Source: Macrostomum lignano
Taxonomy: Eukaryota
Reading direction: 5' to 3'
Length of the DNA: 64,000 nucleotides
Assembly: GCA_002269645.1 (NCBI GenBank)
Contig: NIVC01002850.1
Span: forward strand, 1 to 64,000
Each line of letters starts with the position of its first letter. Position 1 is the first letter of the stretch. Shown piece by piece: positions 12,865 through 27,109 of the stretch. The notes beneath the pieces are model-generated. The model was given only the letters and a program-made list of their open reading frames with translations, searched no databases and was not told the DNA's origin. The translations under genes and the position numbers were made by a program.

Positions 12865-14755
12865 TTAGTGCAGTCATGTGTAGGTGTTCCAAATGCAGTC
12901 ATTTGTAGGTGTTCCAATGCAGTCATTTGCAGGTGTTCCAATGCAGTCATTTGTAGGTGTTTTAATGCAGTCATTTGTAGGTGTTCCAATGCAGTCATTT
13001 GTAGGTGTTCCAATGCAGTCATTTGTAGGTGTTCCAATGCAGTCATTTGTAGGTGTTCCAATGCAGTCATTTGTAGGTGTTCCAATGCAGTCATTTGCAG
13101 GTGTTCCAATGCAGTCATTTGTAGGTGTTCCAATGCAGTCATTTGTAGGTGTTCCAATGCAGTCATTTGTAGGTGTTCCAATGCAGTCATTTGCAGGTGT
13201 TCCAATGCAGTCATTTGTAGGTGTTCCAGTGCAGACATTGGTAGGTGTTCCAATGCAGTCATTTGTAGGTGTTCCAATGCAGTCATTTGTAGGTGTTCCA
13301 ATGCAGTCATTTGTAGGTGTTCCAATGCAGTCATTTGCAGGTGTTCCAATGCAGTCATTTGTAGGTGTTCCAATGCAGTCATTTGTAGGTGTTCCAAATG
13401 CAGTCATATGTAGGTGTTCCAATGCAGTCATTTGCAGGTGTTCCAATGCAGTCATTTGTAGGTGTTCCAATGCAGTCATTTGTAGGTGTTCCAAATGCAG
13501 TCATTTGTAGGTGTTCCAATGCAGTCATTTGTAGGTGTTCCAATGCAGTCATTTGTAGGTGTTCCAATGCAGTCATTTGTAGGTGTTCCAATGCAGTCAT
13601 TTGTAGGTGTTCCAATGCAGTCATGTGTAGGTGTTCCAAATGCAGTCATTTGTAGGTGTTCCAATGCAGTCATTTGTAGGTGTCCAATGCAGGTGTCATT
13701 GTAGGTGTTCCAGTGCAGACATTGGTAGGTGTTCCAATGCAGTCATTTGTAGGTGTCCAATGCAGTCATTTGTAGGTGTTCCAGTGCAGACATTGGTAGG
13801 TGTTCCAATGCAGTCATTTGTAGGTGTTCCAATGCAGTCATGTGTAGGTGTTCCAATGCAGTCATGTGTAGGTGTTCCAGTGCAGTCATGTGTAGGTGTT
13901 CCAATGCAGTCATTTGTAGGTGTTTTAATGCAGTCATTTGTAGGTGTTCCAATGCAGTCATTTGTAGGTGTTCCAAATGCAGTCATTTGTAGGTGTTCCA
14001 AATGCAGTCATTTGTAGGTGTTCCAATGCAGTCATTTGTAGGTGTTTTAATGCAGTCATTTGTAGGTGTTCCAATGCAGTCATTTGTAGGTGTTCCAAAT
14101 GCAGTCATTTGTAGGTGTTCCAATGCAGTCATTTGTAGGTGTTCCAATGCAGTCATTTGTAGGTGTTCCAATGCAGTCATTTGTAGGTGTTCCAATGCAG
14201 TCATTTGTAGGTGTTCCAATGCAGTCATTTGTAGGTGTCCAATGCAGGTGTCATTGTAGGTGTTCCAGTGCAGACATTGGTAGGTGTTCCAATGCAGTCA
14301 TGTGTAGGTGTTCCAATGCAGTCATTTGTAGGTGTTCCAAATGCAGTCATTTGTAGGTGTTCCAATGCAGTCATTTGTAGGTGTTTTAATGCAGTCATTT
14401 GTAGGTGTTCCAATGCAGTCATTTGTAGGTGTTCCAAATGCAGTCATTTGTAGGTGTTCCAATGCAGTCATTTGTAGGTGTTCCAATTCAGTCATTTGTA
14501 GGTGTTCCAAATGCAGTCATTTGTAGGTGTTCCAATGCAGTCATTTGTAGGTGTTCCAAATGCAGTCATTTGTAGGTGTTCCAATGCAGTCATTTGTAGG
14601 TGTTCCAAATGCAGTCATTTGTAGGTGTTCCAATGCAGTCATTTGTAGGTGTTTTAATGCAGTCATTTGTAGGTGTTCCAATGCAGTCATTTGTAGGTGT
14701 TCCAATGCAGTCATTTGTAGGTGTTCCAGTGCAGACATTGGTAGGTACTCCAACA
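12865..14755. repeat. 24-bp minisatellite (gtaggtgttccaatgcagtcattt)
   Basis: About 75-80 copies with +A and -T length variants. Confidence 0.97.
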
Positions 14756-15344
14756 CAAACATCAGTGAGTGTCCTCATTTAAATTATAACTATCAAACTT
14801 TCTATTTAGTTTTCTGCACGAATCCATCGAGTAAACTGGAAAAAAAGTATTTATTTTTTATCTTTATTTTAAAAGCAAAATAAGGAAGGCTCAGGACTGC
14901 TACTGGAGGGACCAAACGTACGGGCACTGTTCCCCCAGCCCTCTGCTGTAGGTTTTCACGCTAATAAATCACCTGAACATTCAGCAATCTATACGGCGGT
15001 CCATTGCGCGACCAACGATTTACTGGGCCGAGAGAAAGGGCCGTAACTTGTTGCTTTCTTAGAAAAAGCGCGTGTTGCGACTGAGGGTTTAAACGAGGTA
15101 TGAGGAGGTAGAGAGATACGTCCAGCCTTCTATAGATCTGCGCCCAGAATTGATGACCAGCAGTTGTTGCTAAATAGGCAAAGAATATGCTGCATTCTGC
15201 TTGTGTGTGCAGTTGTGTGTTCAGGCAATGATGAGAAAAGTGAAATATGAGATTTTGAAACTTTTCTTCAAAATTATATGAATGTTAGATGATGGCATAA
15301 CTGTTTTCTTAAGGCTTATTGGACTCCAACACGATCCTTTCCGA

Positions 15345-15590
15345 GCACATCAGGCAAACATAAACGAGCTGTTACAAAGCACATCAGGCACAAATACATG
15401 AGCTGTTACAAAGCACATCAGACACGAATACATGAGCTGTTACAAAGCACATCAGACACAAATACATGAGCTGTTACAAAGCACATCAGACACAAATACA
15501 TGAGCTGTTACAAAGCACATCAGACACAAATACATGAGCTGTTACAAAGCACATCAGACACAAATACATGAGCTGTTACAAAGCACATAG
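15345..15590. repeat. 34-bp tandem repeat (catgagctgttacaaagcacatcagacacaaata)
   Basis: Period 34 (15431, 15465). Confidence 0.92.
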
Positions 15591-15979
15591 ATTCCGTCAG
15601 CCAACTACTACAAACAAAGAACAGACGGTTGAAATGTCGCCAACACTGCTTTTTATCAAGTACACTGTTAAGTAGGATTTCTGCTAAAAGAAAAATTGCC
15701 TAATAAACTTGTGGAAGAACATTGACTAAGAAATGGGAATCTTAATGAAATCTATAATCAAAATATCGTCAGTGTTTGTATTGTGTTGTGTCACGAATCA
15801 GGCAGCTTTGTTGTAATTTCATATTAACGAAATAATTTAACTAATAATAATTATTAGGCAGACTAAACTTTGAAACTAGAAAATATCCGTACGATTGCAG
15901 GAACCATAAAGAAAGTCCAAGAAACATCAAGCGATTTTTTAAACACATCAAAATTTTCATAAATTATCAAAAATTAAGG

Positions 15980-16680
15980 AAACATCAAGCGATTCCTGGA
16001 AATGTCGACCGATTCTAAGAAAATCTAGGGATTCCAGGAAACATCAAGCGCTTCCTGGAAATGTCAAGCGATTCCTGGAAATTTCGACCGATTCTAAGAA
16101 AATCAAGGGATTCCAGGAAACATCAAGCGCTTCCTGGAAATGTCAAGCGATTCCTGGAAATTTCGACCGATTCTAAGAAAATCAAGGGATTCCAGGAAAC
16201 ATCAAGCGCTTCCTGGAAATGTCAAGCGATTCCTGGAAATGTCGACCGATTCTAAGAAAATCAAGGGATTCCAGGAAACATCAAGCGCTTCCTGGAAATG
16301 TCAAGCGATTCCTGGAAATGTCGACCGATTCTAAGAAAATCAAGGGATTCCAGGAAACATCAAGCGATTCCTGGAAATGTCGACCGATTCTAAGAAAATC
16401 TAGGGATTCCAGGAAACATCAAGCGCTTCCTGGAAATGTCAAGCGAATCCAGAAAACATCTAGCGATTCCAGAAAACATCAAGCGATTCCAGGAAAAACC
16501 AAGCGATTCCAGAAACCATCAAGCGATTTCAGAAAACATCAAGCGACTCCAGAAAACATCCAGCGATTCTAGGAAACGCCATGCGATTCCATAAAACATC
16601 AAGCTAATGTAGAACATCTCAAGCAATGCAAAGAAGTGTCAAGCAATTCAAAAAAACATCAAGCGATTACAAGACAGCTC
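15980..16680. repeat. ~20-bp monomer array with 79-bp higher-order unit
   Basis: Monomer gaaacatcaagcgattcctg; near-identical ORF starts at 16061, 16140, 16219 (period 79). Confidence 0.9.
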
Positions 16681-16988
16681 AAAAATAAATTCCGGGAAAT
16701 ATCAGAGGATTTTAAGGAAAGAGAATAAAGTAAAAAATTAAATTGGAAACCCAAACTTTTTCTGATTCTAAGAAAGTTCCAGCAATCTTAGGGAAGTTCC
16801 GAATCATTATTAGTAAATTATGAGAAATTATTTCCAATCGTGAGTGATATTATTCTTTAATAATTCTGATTGTTAAAGAACAATACATTCAGTGATAATG
16901 TAAAAGCAAGAAAAGCTACACATTTCTGCTTTGGCCGCAAGAATCCCAAATCCCAAATTGCTGCTCCTCTTTAACCAACCAATGGGAG

Positions 16989-17323
16989 ATGATCCTTGGT
17001 AAGTTCTCGAACCCTCAAATCAGATCTGATTGGCTGCAGCAAATACTGGCATATCTGCATGGGCCACCCTCGCTGTTGCAGCCTCAGAAAGGACAGTTCA
17101 CATTGGCCACACTTGGCTCTCAGGATATATTGAAGACCATTGTGCCCTACAGTCAGTAAACTGTGAATTTCTTGCTGCAAATTAGGCTACCTACCTGAAT
17201 TTAAGGACAATATATTTGACTTTCTATATATCGAAAGTATGTTTTCTAGCAATTATAGAAATCCAAATTCTAAATTATTCGTTGACATTACCCTCCTAGT
17301 GACTCTGCTCAGCATTTGTGTTG
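16989..17323 (+). CDS. Candidate first two coding microexons (16989-16998, 17300-17323) of the 29010-44003 gene, supplying a signal peptide
   Basis: Both end in TTG|GTAAGT; the second has acceptor ccctcctag. Phase-1 joins to exon 29010 give MILVTLLSICVEPASS-VQLDP. Inference only. Confidence 0.4.
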
Positions 17324-17364
17324 GTAAGTGCAATTGCCTTCAAGCATACTTTCTTCCAGACGTT

Positions 17365-20300
17365 GAGTCTGTCTCTCCGCTCCCCTTACTCAGTCATTGA
17401 ATCAGCCTCTCCACTCTCTCTCTCTCTCTCTCACTCAGTCATTGAATCAGCCTCTCCGCTCTCCTCACTCAGTCATTGAATCAGCCTCTCCACTCTCTCT
17501 CTCTCTCTCACTCAGTCATTGAATCAGCCTTTCCGCTCCCCTAACTCAGTCATTGAATCAGCCTCTCCACTCTCTCTCTCTCTCTCACTCAGTCATTGAA
17601 TCAGCCTCTCCGCTCTCCTCACTCAGTAATTGAATCAGCCGCTCCGCTCTCCTCACTCAATCATTGGCTCAGCCTCTCCGCTCCCCTCACTCAGTCATTG
17701 AATCAGCCTCTCCGCTCCCCTCACTCAGTCATTGAATCAGCCTCTCCGCTCCTCTTACTCAGTCATTGAATCAGCCTCTCCGCTCCTCTTACTCAGTCAT
17801 TGAATCAGCCTCTCCGCTCTCCTCACTCAGTCATTGAATCAGCCTCTCCGCTCCCCTCACTCAGTCATTGAATCAGCCTCTCCGCTCCTCTTACTCAGTC
17901 ATTGAATCAGCCTCTCCGCTCTCCTCACTCAGTCATTGGCTCAGCCTCTCCGCTCCCCTCACTCAGTCATTGGCTCAGCCTCTCCGCTCCCCTCACTCAG
18001 TCATTGAATCAGCCTCTCCGCTCCCCTCACTCAGTCATTGAATCAGCCTCTCCGCTCCTCTTACTCAGTCATTGAATCAGCCTCTCCGCTCTCCTCACTC
18101 AGTCATTGAATCAGCCTCTCCGCTCCCCTCACTCAGTCATTGAATCAGCCTCTCCGCTCCCCTCACTCAGTCATTGGCTCAGCCTCTTCGCTCCCCTCAC
18201 TCAGTCATTGAATCAGCCTCTCCGCTCCCCTCACTCAGTCATTGAATCAGCCTCTCCGCTCCCCTCACTCAGTCATTGAATCAGCCTCTCCGCTCCCCTC
18301 ACTCAGTCATTGGCTCAGCCTCTTCGCTCTCCTCACTCAGTCATTGAATCAGCCTCTCCGCTCCCCTCACTCAGTCATTGAATCAGCCTCTCCGCTCTCT
18401 CTCTCTCTCACTCAGTCATTGAATCAGCCGCTCCGCTCTCCTCACTCAGTCATTGAATCAGCCTCTCCGCTCTCCTCACTCAGTAATTGAATCAGCCGCT
18501 CCGCTCTCCTCACTCAGTCATTGGCTCAGCCTCTCCGCTCCCCTCACTCAGTCATTGAATCAGCCTCTCCGCTCCCCTCACTCAGTCATTGAATCAGCCT
18601 CTCCGCTCCCCTCACTCAGTCATTGGCTCAGCCTATCCGCTCCCCTCACTCAGTCATTGGCTCAGCCTCTCCGCTCCCCTCACTCAGTCATTGAATCAGC
18701 CTCTCCGCTCCCCTCACTCAGTCATTGAATCAGCCTCTCCGCTCTCTCTCTCTCTCTCTCACTCAGTCATTGAATCAGCCGCTCCGCTCTCCTCACTCAG
18801 TCATTGAATCAGCCTCTCCGCTCTCCTCACTCAGTAATTGAATCAGCCGCTCCGCTCTCCTCACTCAGTCATTGGCTCAGCCTCTCCGCTCCCCTCACTC
18901 AGTCATTGAATCAGCCTCTCCGCTCCCCTCACTCAGTCATTGAATCAGCCTCTCCGCTCCCCTCACTCAGTCATTGAATCAGCCTCTCCGCTCTCCTCAC
19001 TCAGTAATTGAATCAGCCGCTCCGCTCTCCTCACTCAGTCATTGGCTCAGCCTCTCCGCTCCCCTCACTCAGTCATTGAATCAGCCTCTCCGCTCCCCTC
19101 ACTCAGTCATTGAATCAGCCTCTCCGCTCCCCTCACTCAGTCATTGGCTCAGCCTCTCCGCTCCCCTCACTCAGTCATTGGCTCAGCCTCTCCGCTCTCC
19201 CCACTCAGTCATTGAATCAGCCTCTCCGCTCCCCTCACTCAGTCATTGAATCAGCCTCTCCGCTCTCTCACTCTCTCTCTCACTCAGTCATTGAATCAGC
19301 CGCTCCGCTCTCCTCACTCAGTCATTGAATCAGCCTCTCCGCTCTCCTCACTCAGTAATTGAATCAGCCGCTCCGCTCTCCTCACTCAGTCATTGGCTCA
19401 GCCTCTCCGCTCCCCTCACTCAGTCATTGAATCAGCCTCTCCGCTCCCCTCACTCAGTCATTGAATCAGCCTCTCCGCTCTCTCTCTCTCTCTCTCACTC
19501 AGTCATTGAATCAGCCGCTCCGCTCTCCTCACTCAGTCATTGAATCAGCCTCTCCGCTCTCCTCACTCAGTAATTGAATCAGCCGCTCCGCTCTCCTCAC
19601 TCAGTCATTGGCTCAGCCTCTCCGCTCCCCTCACTCAGTCATTGGCTCAGCCTCTCCGCTCCCCTCACTCAGTCATTGAATCAGCCTCTCCGCTCCCCTC
19701 ACTCAGTCATTGAATCAGCCTCTCCGCTCCTCTTACTCAGTCATTGAATCAGCCTCTCCGCTCTCCTCACTCAGTCATTGAATCAGCCTCTCCGCTCCCC
19801 TCACTCAGTCATTGAATCAGCCTCTCCGCTCCTCTTACTCAGTCATTGAATCAGCCTCTCCGCTCTCCTCACTCAGTCATTGGCTCAGCCTCTCCGCTCC
19901 CCTCACTCAGTCATTGAATCAGCCTCTCCGCTCCCTCACTCAGTCATTGAATCAGCCTCTCCGCTCCTCTTACTCAGTCATTGAATCAGCCTCTCCGCTC
20001 CTCTTACTCAGTCATTGGCTCAGCCTCTCCGCTCCCTCACTCAGTCATTGAATCAGCCTCTCCGCTCCCCTCACTCAGTCATTGAATCAGCCTCTCCGCT
20101 CCCCTCACTCAGTCATTGAATCAGCCTCTCCGCTCCTCTTACTCAGTCATTGAATCAGCCTCTCCGCTCTACTCACTCAGTCATTGAATCAGCCTCTTCG
20201 CTCCCCTCACTCAGTCATTGAATCAGCCTCTCCGCTCCCCTCACTCAGTCATTGAATCAGCCTCTCCGCTCCTCTTACTCAGTCATTGAATCAGCCTCTC

Positions 20301-22460
20301 CGCTCTCTCTCTCTCTCACTCAGTCATTGAATCAGCCGCTCCGCTCTCCTCACTCAGTCATTGAATCAGCCTCTCCGCTCTCCTCACTCAGTAATTGAAT
20401 CAGCCGCTCCGCTCTCCTCACTCAGTCATTGGCTCAGCCTCTCCGCTCCCCTCACTCAGTCATTGAATCAGCCTCTCCGCTCCCCTCACTCAGTCATTGA
20501 ATCAGCCTCTCCGCTCCCCTCACTCAGTCATTGGCTCAGCCTCTCCGCTCCCCTCACTCAGTCATTGGCTCAGCCTCTCCGCTCCCCTCACTCAGTCATT
20601 GAATCAGCCTCTCCGCTCCCCTCACTCAGTCATTGAATCAGCCTCTCCGCTCTCTCTCTCTCTCTCTCTCTCACTCAGTCATTGAATCAGCCGCTCCGCT
20701 CTCCTCACTCAGTCATTGAATCAGCCTCTCCGCTCTCCTCACTCAGTAATTGAATCAGCCGCTCCGCTCTCCTCACTCAATCATTGGCTCAGCCTCTCCG
20801 CTCCCCTCACTCAGTCATTGAATCAGCCTCTCCGCTCCCTCACTCAGTCATTGAATCAGCCTCTCCGCTCCCCTCACTCAGTCATTGAATCAGCCTCTCC
20901 GCTCCTCTTACTCAGTAATTGAATCAGCCTCTCCGCTCTCCTCACTCAGTCATTGAATCAGCCTCTCCGCTCCCCTCACTCAGTCATTGAATCAGCCTCT
21001 CCGCTCCTCTTACTCAGTCATTGAATCAGCCTCTCCGCTCTCTCTCTCTCTCACTCAGTCATTGAATCAGCCTCTCCGCTCCCCTCACTCAGTCATTGAA
21101 TCAGCCTCTCCGCTCCTCTTACTCAGTCATTGAATCAGCCTCTCCGCTCTCTCTCTCTCTCACTCAGTCATTGAATCAGCCGCTCCGCTCTCCTCACTCA
21201 GTCATTGAATCAGCCTCTCCGCTCTCCTCACTCAGTAATTGAATCAGCCGCTCCGCTCTCCTCACTCAGTCATTGGCTCAGCCTCTCCGCTCCCCTCACT
21301 CAGTCATTGAATCAGCCTCTCCGCTCCCCTCACTCAGTCATTGAATCAGCATCTCCGCTCCCCTCACTCAGTCATTGGCTCAGCCTCTCCGCTCCCCTCA
21401 CTCAGTCATTGGCTCAGCCTCTCCGCTCCCCTCACTCAGTCATTGAATCAGCCTCTCCGCTCCCCTCACTCAGTCATTGAATCAGCCTCTCCGCCCTCTC
21501 TCTCTCTCTCTCACTCAGTCATTGAATCAGCCGCTCCGCTCTCCTCACTCAGTCATTGAATCAGCCTCTCCGCTCTCCTCACTCAGTAATTGAATCAGCC
21601 GCTCCGCTCTCCTCACTCAATCATTGGCTCAGCCTCTCCGCTCTCCTCACTCAGTCATTGAATCAGCCTCTCCGCTCTCCTCACTCAGTAATTGAATCAG
21701 CCGCTCCGCTCTCCTCACTCAGTCATTGGCTCAGCCTCTCCGCTCCCCTCACTCAGTCATTGAATCAGCCTCTCCGCTCCCTCACTCAGTCATTGAATCA
21801 GCCTCTCCGCTCCCCTCACTCAGTCATTGGCTCAGCCTCTCCGCTCCCCTCACTCAGTCATTGGCTCAGCCTCTCCGCTCTCCTCACTCAGTCATTGAAT
21901 CAGCCTCTCCGCTCCCTCACTCAGTCATTGAATCAGCCTCTCCTCTCTCTCTCTCTCTCTCACTCAGTCATTGAATCAGCCGCTCCGCTCTCCTCACTCA
22001 GTCATTGAATCAGCCTCTCCGCTCTCCTCACTCAGTAATTGAATCAGCCGCTCCGCTCTCCTCACTCAGTCATTGGCTCAGCCTCTCCGCTCCCCTCACT
22101 CAGTCATTGAATCAGCCTCTCCGCTCCCCTCACTCAGTCATTGAATCAGCCTCTCCGCTCCTCTTACTCAGTCATTGAATCAGCCTCTCCGCTCTCCTCA
22201 CTCAGTCATTGAATCAGCCTCTCCGCTCCCTCACTCAGTCATTGAATCAGCCTCTCCGCTCCTCTTACTCAGTCATTGAATCAGCCTCTCCGCTCTCCTC
22301 ACTCAGTCATTGGCTCAGCCTCTCCGCTCCCCTCACTCAGTCATTGAATCAGCCTCTCCGCTCCCCTCACTCAGTCATTGAATCAGCCTCTCCGCTCCTC
22401 TTACTCAGTCATTGAATCAGCCTCTCCGCTCTCCTCACTCAGTCATTGAATCAGCCTTTC
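17365..22460. repeat. 5-kb 34-bp minisatellite (ctcagtcattgaatcagcctctccgctcccctca) with variant-repeat higher-order blocks
   Basis: GAATC/GGCTC and spacer variants; identical 91-aa translations recur at 18453, 18974, 20361, 21205. Confidence 0.98.
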
Positions 22461-22879
22461 AGGTTGCATCATTAAAACTAAAATTTTAAATCAACTTCTC
22501 AGATATATGTATTGTACTGAAACTTATTTATCATCGCCCATCAGTTTATGTTTCCTACTGAACCGCTCATAGCGACTTTGTTTTGCGTCAGCAGCCGCTG
22601 CCCGACTGTATCGAATGAGATTTCAAGACAGGCAGAATTGCAATATTGGGGCTGAGTGACACCCCGTCAGGTTTTCTTCGGCTCGCTTTTTTACTTTGAA
22701 ATTTACGCATCATTCAATGGATTCAAGAATTGGGGATGAAACTGTAGGATGAAGCATCTCAAGTGGACCAACTTGTTCAGAACTCGCTGTGGCTTTATTC
22801 ATCTTGTGTAGCTTTTGTGGCCCCGTTTGGCGACATCGAGTGGGGAAAGGAAGCTGTAAGCATGCTTCATCTTTAGCTT

Positions 22880-23295
<416 letters not shown>

Positions 23296-23699
23296 ATTAA
23301 CGATCTCATCTTTAAAAGTTTTTCAAGTACTCTAAGCGCCCTGACCAGCTTGAAGAGCAGCACTCTATCAAACAAGAGGCTATTCTTGAGTCAAAGTCGT
23401 ACCCTGTCATGTCTGATACCTTCTCTTCCCCAATGGTTCACGCGAGGCCGTTCCCACTGAAATCCTCATTCCTGACCAAAAATGCAACACGGATAAGACA
23501 AGACGTTAATCTCCTTTAGTCGAGACCAAATTAATACGATTGTGCAATGCATAGTTGGCGCTGAGGAAAAGAGAGCTCGCTTCTTTGCAAAGCAGTTTCA
23601 AGTGCGCTTCTGCTGTTCTTTACAGGAATTCAAGAGACTTTTTGGTTGCTTCTTGTTGATAGACGAATCTGAAGTAATGGGCTACGATGTGCGCTTCAC

Positions 23700-24960
23700 T
23701 CCCCATCCTCTTCTCAAGCTCTCTCATCCCTACTCTCCTTCTCATCCCTACTCTCCTTCTCACCCCTACTCTCTCTCTCTCTCTCAACCCTACTCTCCCT
23801 CTCCCTCACCCCTACTCTCCCTCTCCCTCACCCCTACTCTCCCTCTCTCTTACCCCTACTCTCCCTCTCTCTCACCTCTACTCTCCCTCTCCCTCACCCC
23901 TACTCTTCCTCTCCCTCACCCCTACTCTCCCTCTCTCTTACCCCTACTCTCCCTCTCTCTTACCCCTACTCTCCCTCTCTCTCACCTCTTCTCTCCCTCT
24001 CCCTCACCCCTACTCTTCCTCTCCCTCACCCCTACTCTCCCTCTCTCTTACCCCTACTCTCCCTCTCTCTTACCCCTACTCTCCCTCTCTCTCACCTCTA
24101 CTCTCCCTCTCCCTCACCCCTACTCTCCCTCTCTCTCACCCCTACTCTCCCTCTCTCTCACCTCTACTCTCCCTCTCCCTCAGTCCTACTCTCCCTCTCT
24201 CTCACCTCTACTCTCCCTCTCCCTCAGCCCTACTCTCCCTCTCTCTTACCCCTACTCTCCCTCTCTCTCACCTCTACTCTCCCTCTCCCTCACCCCTACT
24301 CTCCCTGTCTCTTACCCCTACTCTCCCTCTCTCTCACCTCTACTCTTCCTCTCCCTCACCCCTACTCTCCCTCTCTCTTACCCCTACTCTCCCTCTCTCT
24401 TACCCCTACTCTCCCTCTCTCTCACCTCTACTCTCCCTCTCCCTCACCCCTACTCTTCCTCTCCCTCACCCCTACTCTTCCTCTCCCTCACCCCTACTCT
24501 CCCTCTCTCTTACCCCTACTCTCCCTCTCCCTCAGCCCTACTCTCCCTCTCTCTTACCCCTACTCTCCCTCTCTCTCACCTCTACTCTCCCTCTCCCTCA
24601 CCCCTACTCTTCCTCTCCCTCACCCCTACTCTTCCTCTCCCTCACCCCTACTCTCCCTCTCTCTTACCCCTACTCTCCCTCTCTCTTACCCCTACTCTCC
24701 CTCTCTCTCACCTCTACTCTCCCTCTCCCTCAGCCCTACTCTCCCTCTCTCTTACCCCTACTCTCCCTCTCTCTCACCTCTACTCTCCCTCTCTCTCACC
24801 CCTACTCTCCCTCTCTCTCACCCCTACTCTCCCTCTCTCTCACCCCTATTCTCTCCCACGCTTACTCTCTCTCCCACACCACCATTCTCTCTCCCACCCT
24901 TACCCTTTCTCTCCCACCCTTACTCTCTCTCTTCCCCGCTTACTCTCTCCTAGCCCTACT
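23700..24960. repeat. CT-rich ~21-23 bp minisatellite (cccctactctccctctctct)
   Basis: Direct. Confidence 0.92.
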
Positions 24961-25329
24961 TGGCCTCTCAAAAACCTTGTCTCTCTTTCTCTCTCACCTT
25001 CTGAGCAGAATATCCAAGACTCCATATTCCTTGGTTAACTATAATGCTACACAAGTACTAACTGGGCTGTTTAAAGAAATCACAAAAATATATAAATCTA
25101 CCAGGTCAGCAGTCAACAGCAAAAGAAAGTAAAAGACTTGGTGCATAGAGGTCGTACTGACTGCAATCTCAAAGGACTAAAACTGATTAATTAGCATGTC
25201 CTCGGGCTTCCAGTCTCCTATCTGAAAGGTTCGAGCAATCAGATAAAGTCCAGAAATTTGAGAGTGTAGTTTTGTGCGGCCGTGCAGAGGTCAGAGATGC
25301 TCTCCCGTTTCTGAATTATTGTCTATTGC

Positions 25330-25800
25330 CTACCCATGTCTAAGATCCACTATCCCGTCTCTAATCTCCGTATTTCTAATCTTATCTATTCCATCTCCAA
25401 TCTCTCCTACTCTATCTCTAATGTCTCCTATCCTATCTCTAATCTCTCCTATTCTATCTCCAATCTCTCCTATTCTATCTCTAATCTCTCCTATTCTATC
25501 TCCAATCTCTCCTATTCTATCTCCAATCTCTCCTATTCTATCTCTAATCTCTCCTATTCTATCTCCAATCTCTCCTATTCTATCTCTAATCTCTCTGATT
25601 CTCTTTCTAATCTCTCATATTGTATCCCTAATCTCTTCTATTTCATCTCTAATCTCTCCCATTCCATTTCTAATTTCCCTCATTCAACCTCTAGTCTATC
25701 AGCTCCCGTTTCTAATTTACCATTTTTATCTCCAATCAATCCCCTCCATCCATCGCTAATCTCTCACTCTACATATCTATCTGACTATCTCTTTATTCCT
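25330..25800. repeat. 21-bp repeat (tctaatctctcctattctatc), degenerate at both ends
   Basis: Direct. Confidence 0.85.
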
Positions 25801-26254
25801 AATCTCCAACAGGCAACGTTTAAGGTATAATGAAGGCAGCTTAAGTGTTGCTTAGGTATTGTATAAACAAGCTTATATGCAATTATTAATTAAATTCAGT
25901 TATTTTGAGTCAAGCAGGTTTGTGAATGAGGTTGCCGCATTCCTTATACCTAAATCTTAAGTCTGTTGGAGAATAACTTGGGAATTTGATGAGCATTTGA
26001 TGTACAGCCAAGCCAGGCAATTTTCCTTTGATCTATAAATATCCAACGGACTCAATTGAAGACGGCCTTTCTTGATTAACAAAGCCCCGGTTTTTGTACG
26101 GGGCCGAGAAGTATTAAGCATGGTATTGGACTGAGCTGCTGCAGACTGTATTGATGCAGCCATATCTGATGCACACATTGATGTATTATGTACAGACTGG
26201 GCTGAGCAATTTTCTTTTTTGTGCATACTACGCTCGTAAATACGCATTAGCTCT

Positions 26255-26750
26255 AACAATATACACATTGTCACACACAATATACACATTGTCACACACA
26301 ATATACACATTGTCACACACAATATACACATTGTCACACAGAATATATACATTGTCACACACAATATACACATTGTCACACAGAATATATACATTGTCAC
26401 ACACAATATACACATTGTCACACAGAATATATACATTGTCACACACAATATACACATTGTCACACACAATATACACAGTTGTCGCACACAATATACACAG
26501 TTGTGGATACAATATACACGTGAATACTATATACACATCTGTGGATACAATATACACATTTGTGGATACAATATACACATTTGTGGGTACAATATACACA
26601 ATTGTGGGTACAATATACACATTTGCGGATACAATATACACAATTGTGGATACAATATACACATTTGCGGATACAATATACACAATTGTGGATACAATAT
26701 ACACATTTGTGGGTACAATATACACATCTGGGGATACAATATACACAGGC
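26255..26750. repeat. Two abutting related 21-bp arrays (atatacacattgtcacacaca, then atatacacatttgtggataca)
   Basis: Shared atatacaca core; unit switches near 26490. Confidence 0.92.
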
Positions 26751-27109
26751 CTTAAATATACATTGTCATATTTTAATTATTACTCCGACAAAACGGTAGA
26801 AATATTCGGCTATATTTCAGGCCAAAATAACTTCAGCCCTTAAATGGTTTTCAAGAGACTTGCCGCCGTGATGAAGAATACTGTCAAACCTTTGTGGCTC
26901 ATCAATCATCTCTTGCTTGGGGCGTTTATCTCTCCCTTTCTCCTACCTTTTAAAACGTAAAATGAATGATTTTTTGCTTTCACCAGCCTATACTATTCAT
27001 ATATACAATACTAAATCAACTATAATAGTCGGAACTGCTTTCACTCTCTCTCTCCCTCCATCACTCAGTCACTCCATCTCTTTGTCACTTTATTGACGAA
27101 GCTTCTGCC

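Noticed and set aside
23542-25132. 498-aa and 481-aa Ser/Pro/Leu-rich ORFs
   Set aside because: CT-rich repeat translation; the unique flanks gave no recognisable motif
23310-26250. Coding-looking islands (23310-23690, 25000-25330, 25950-26250) as a minus-strand gene
   Set aside because: Multiple stops, no consistent splice-phase chain and no recognised motif
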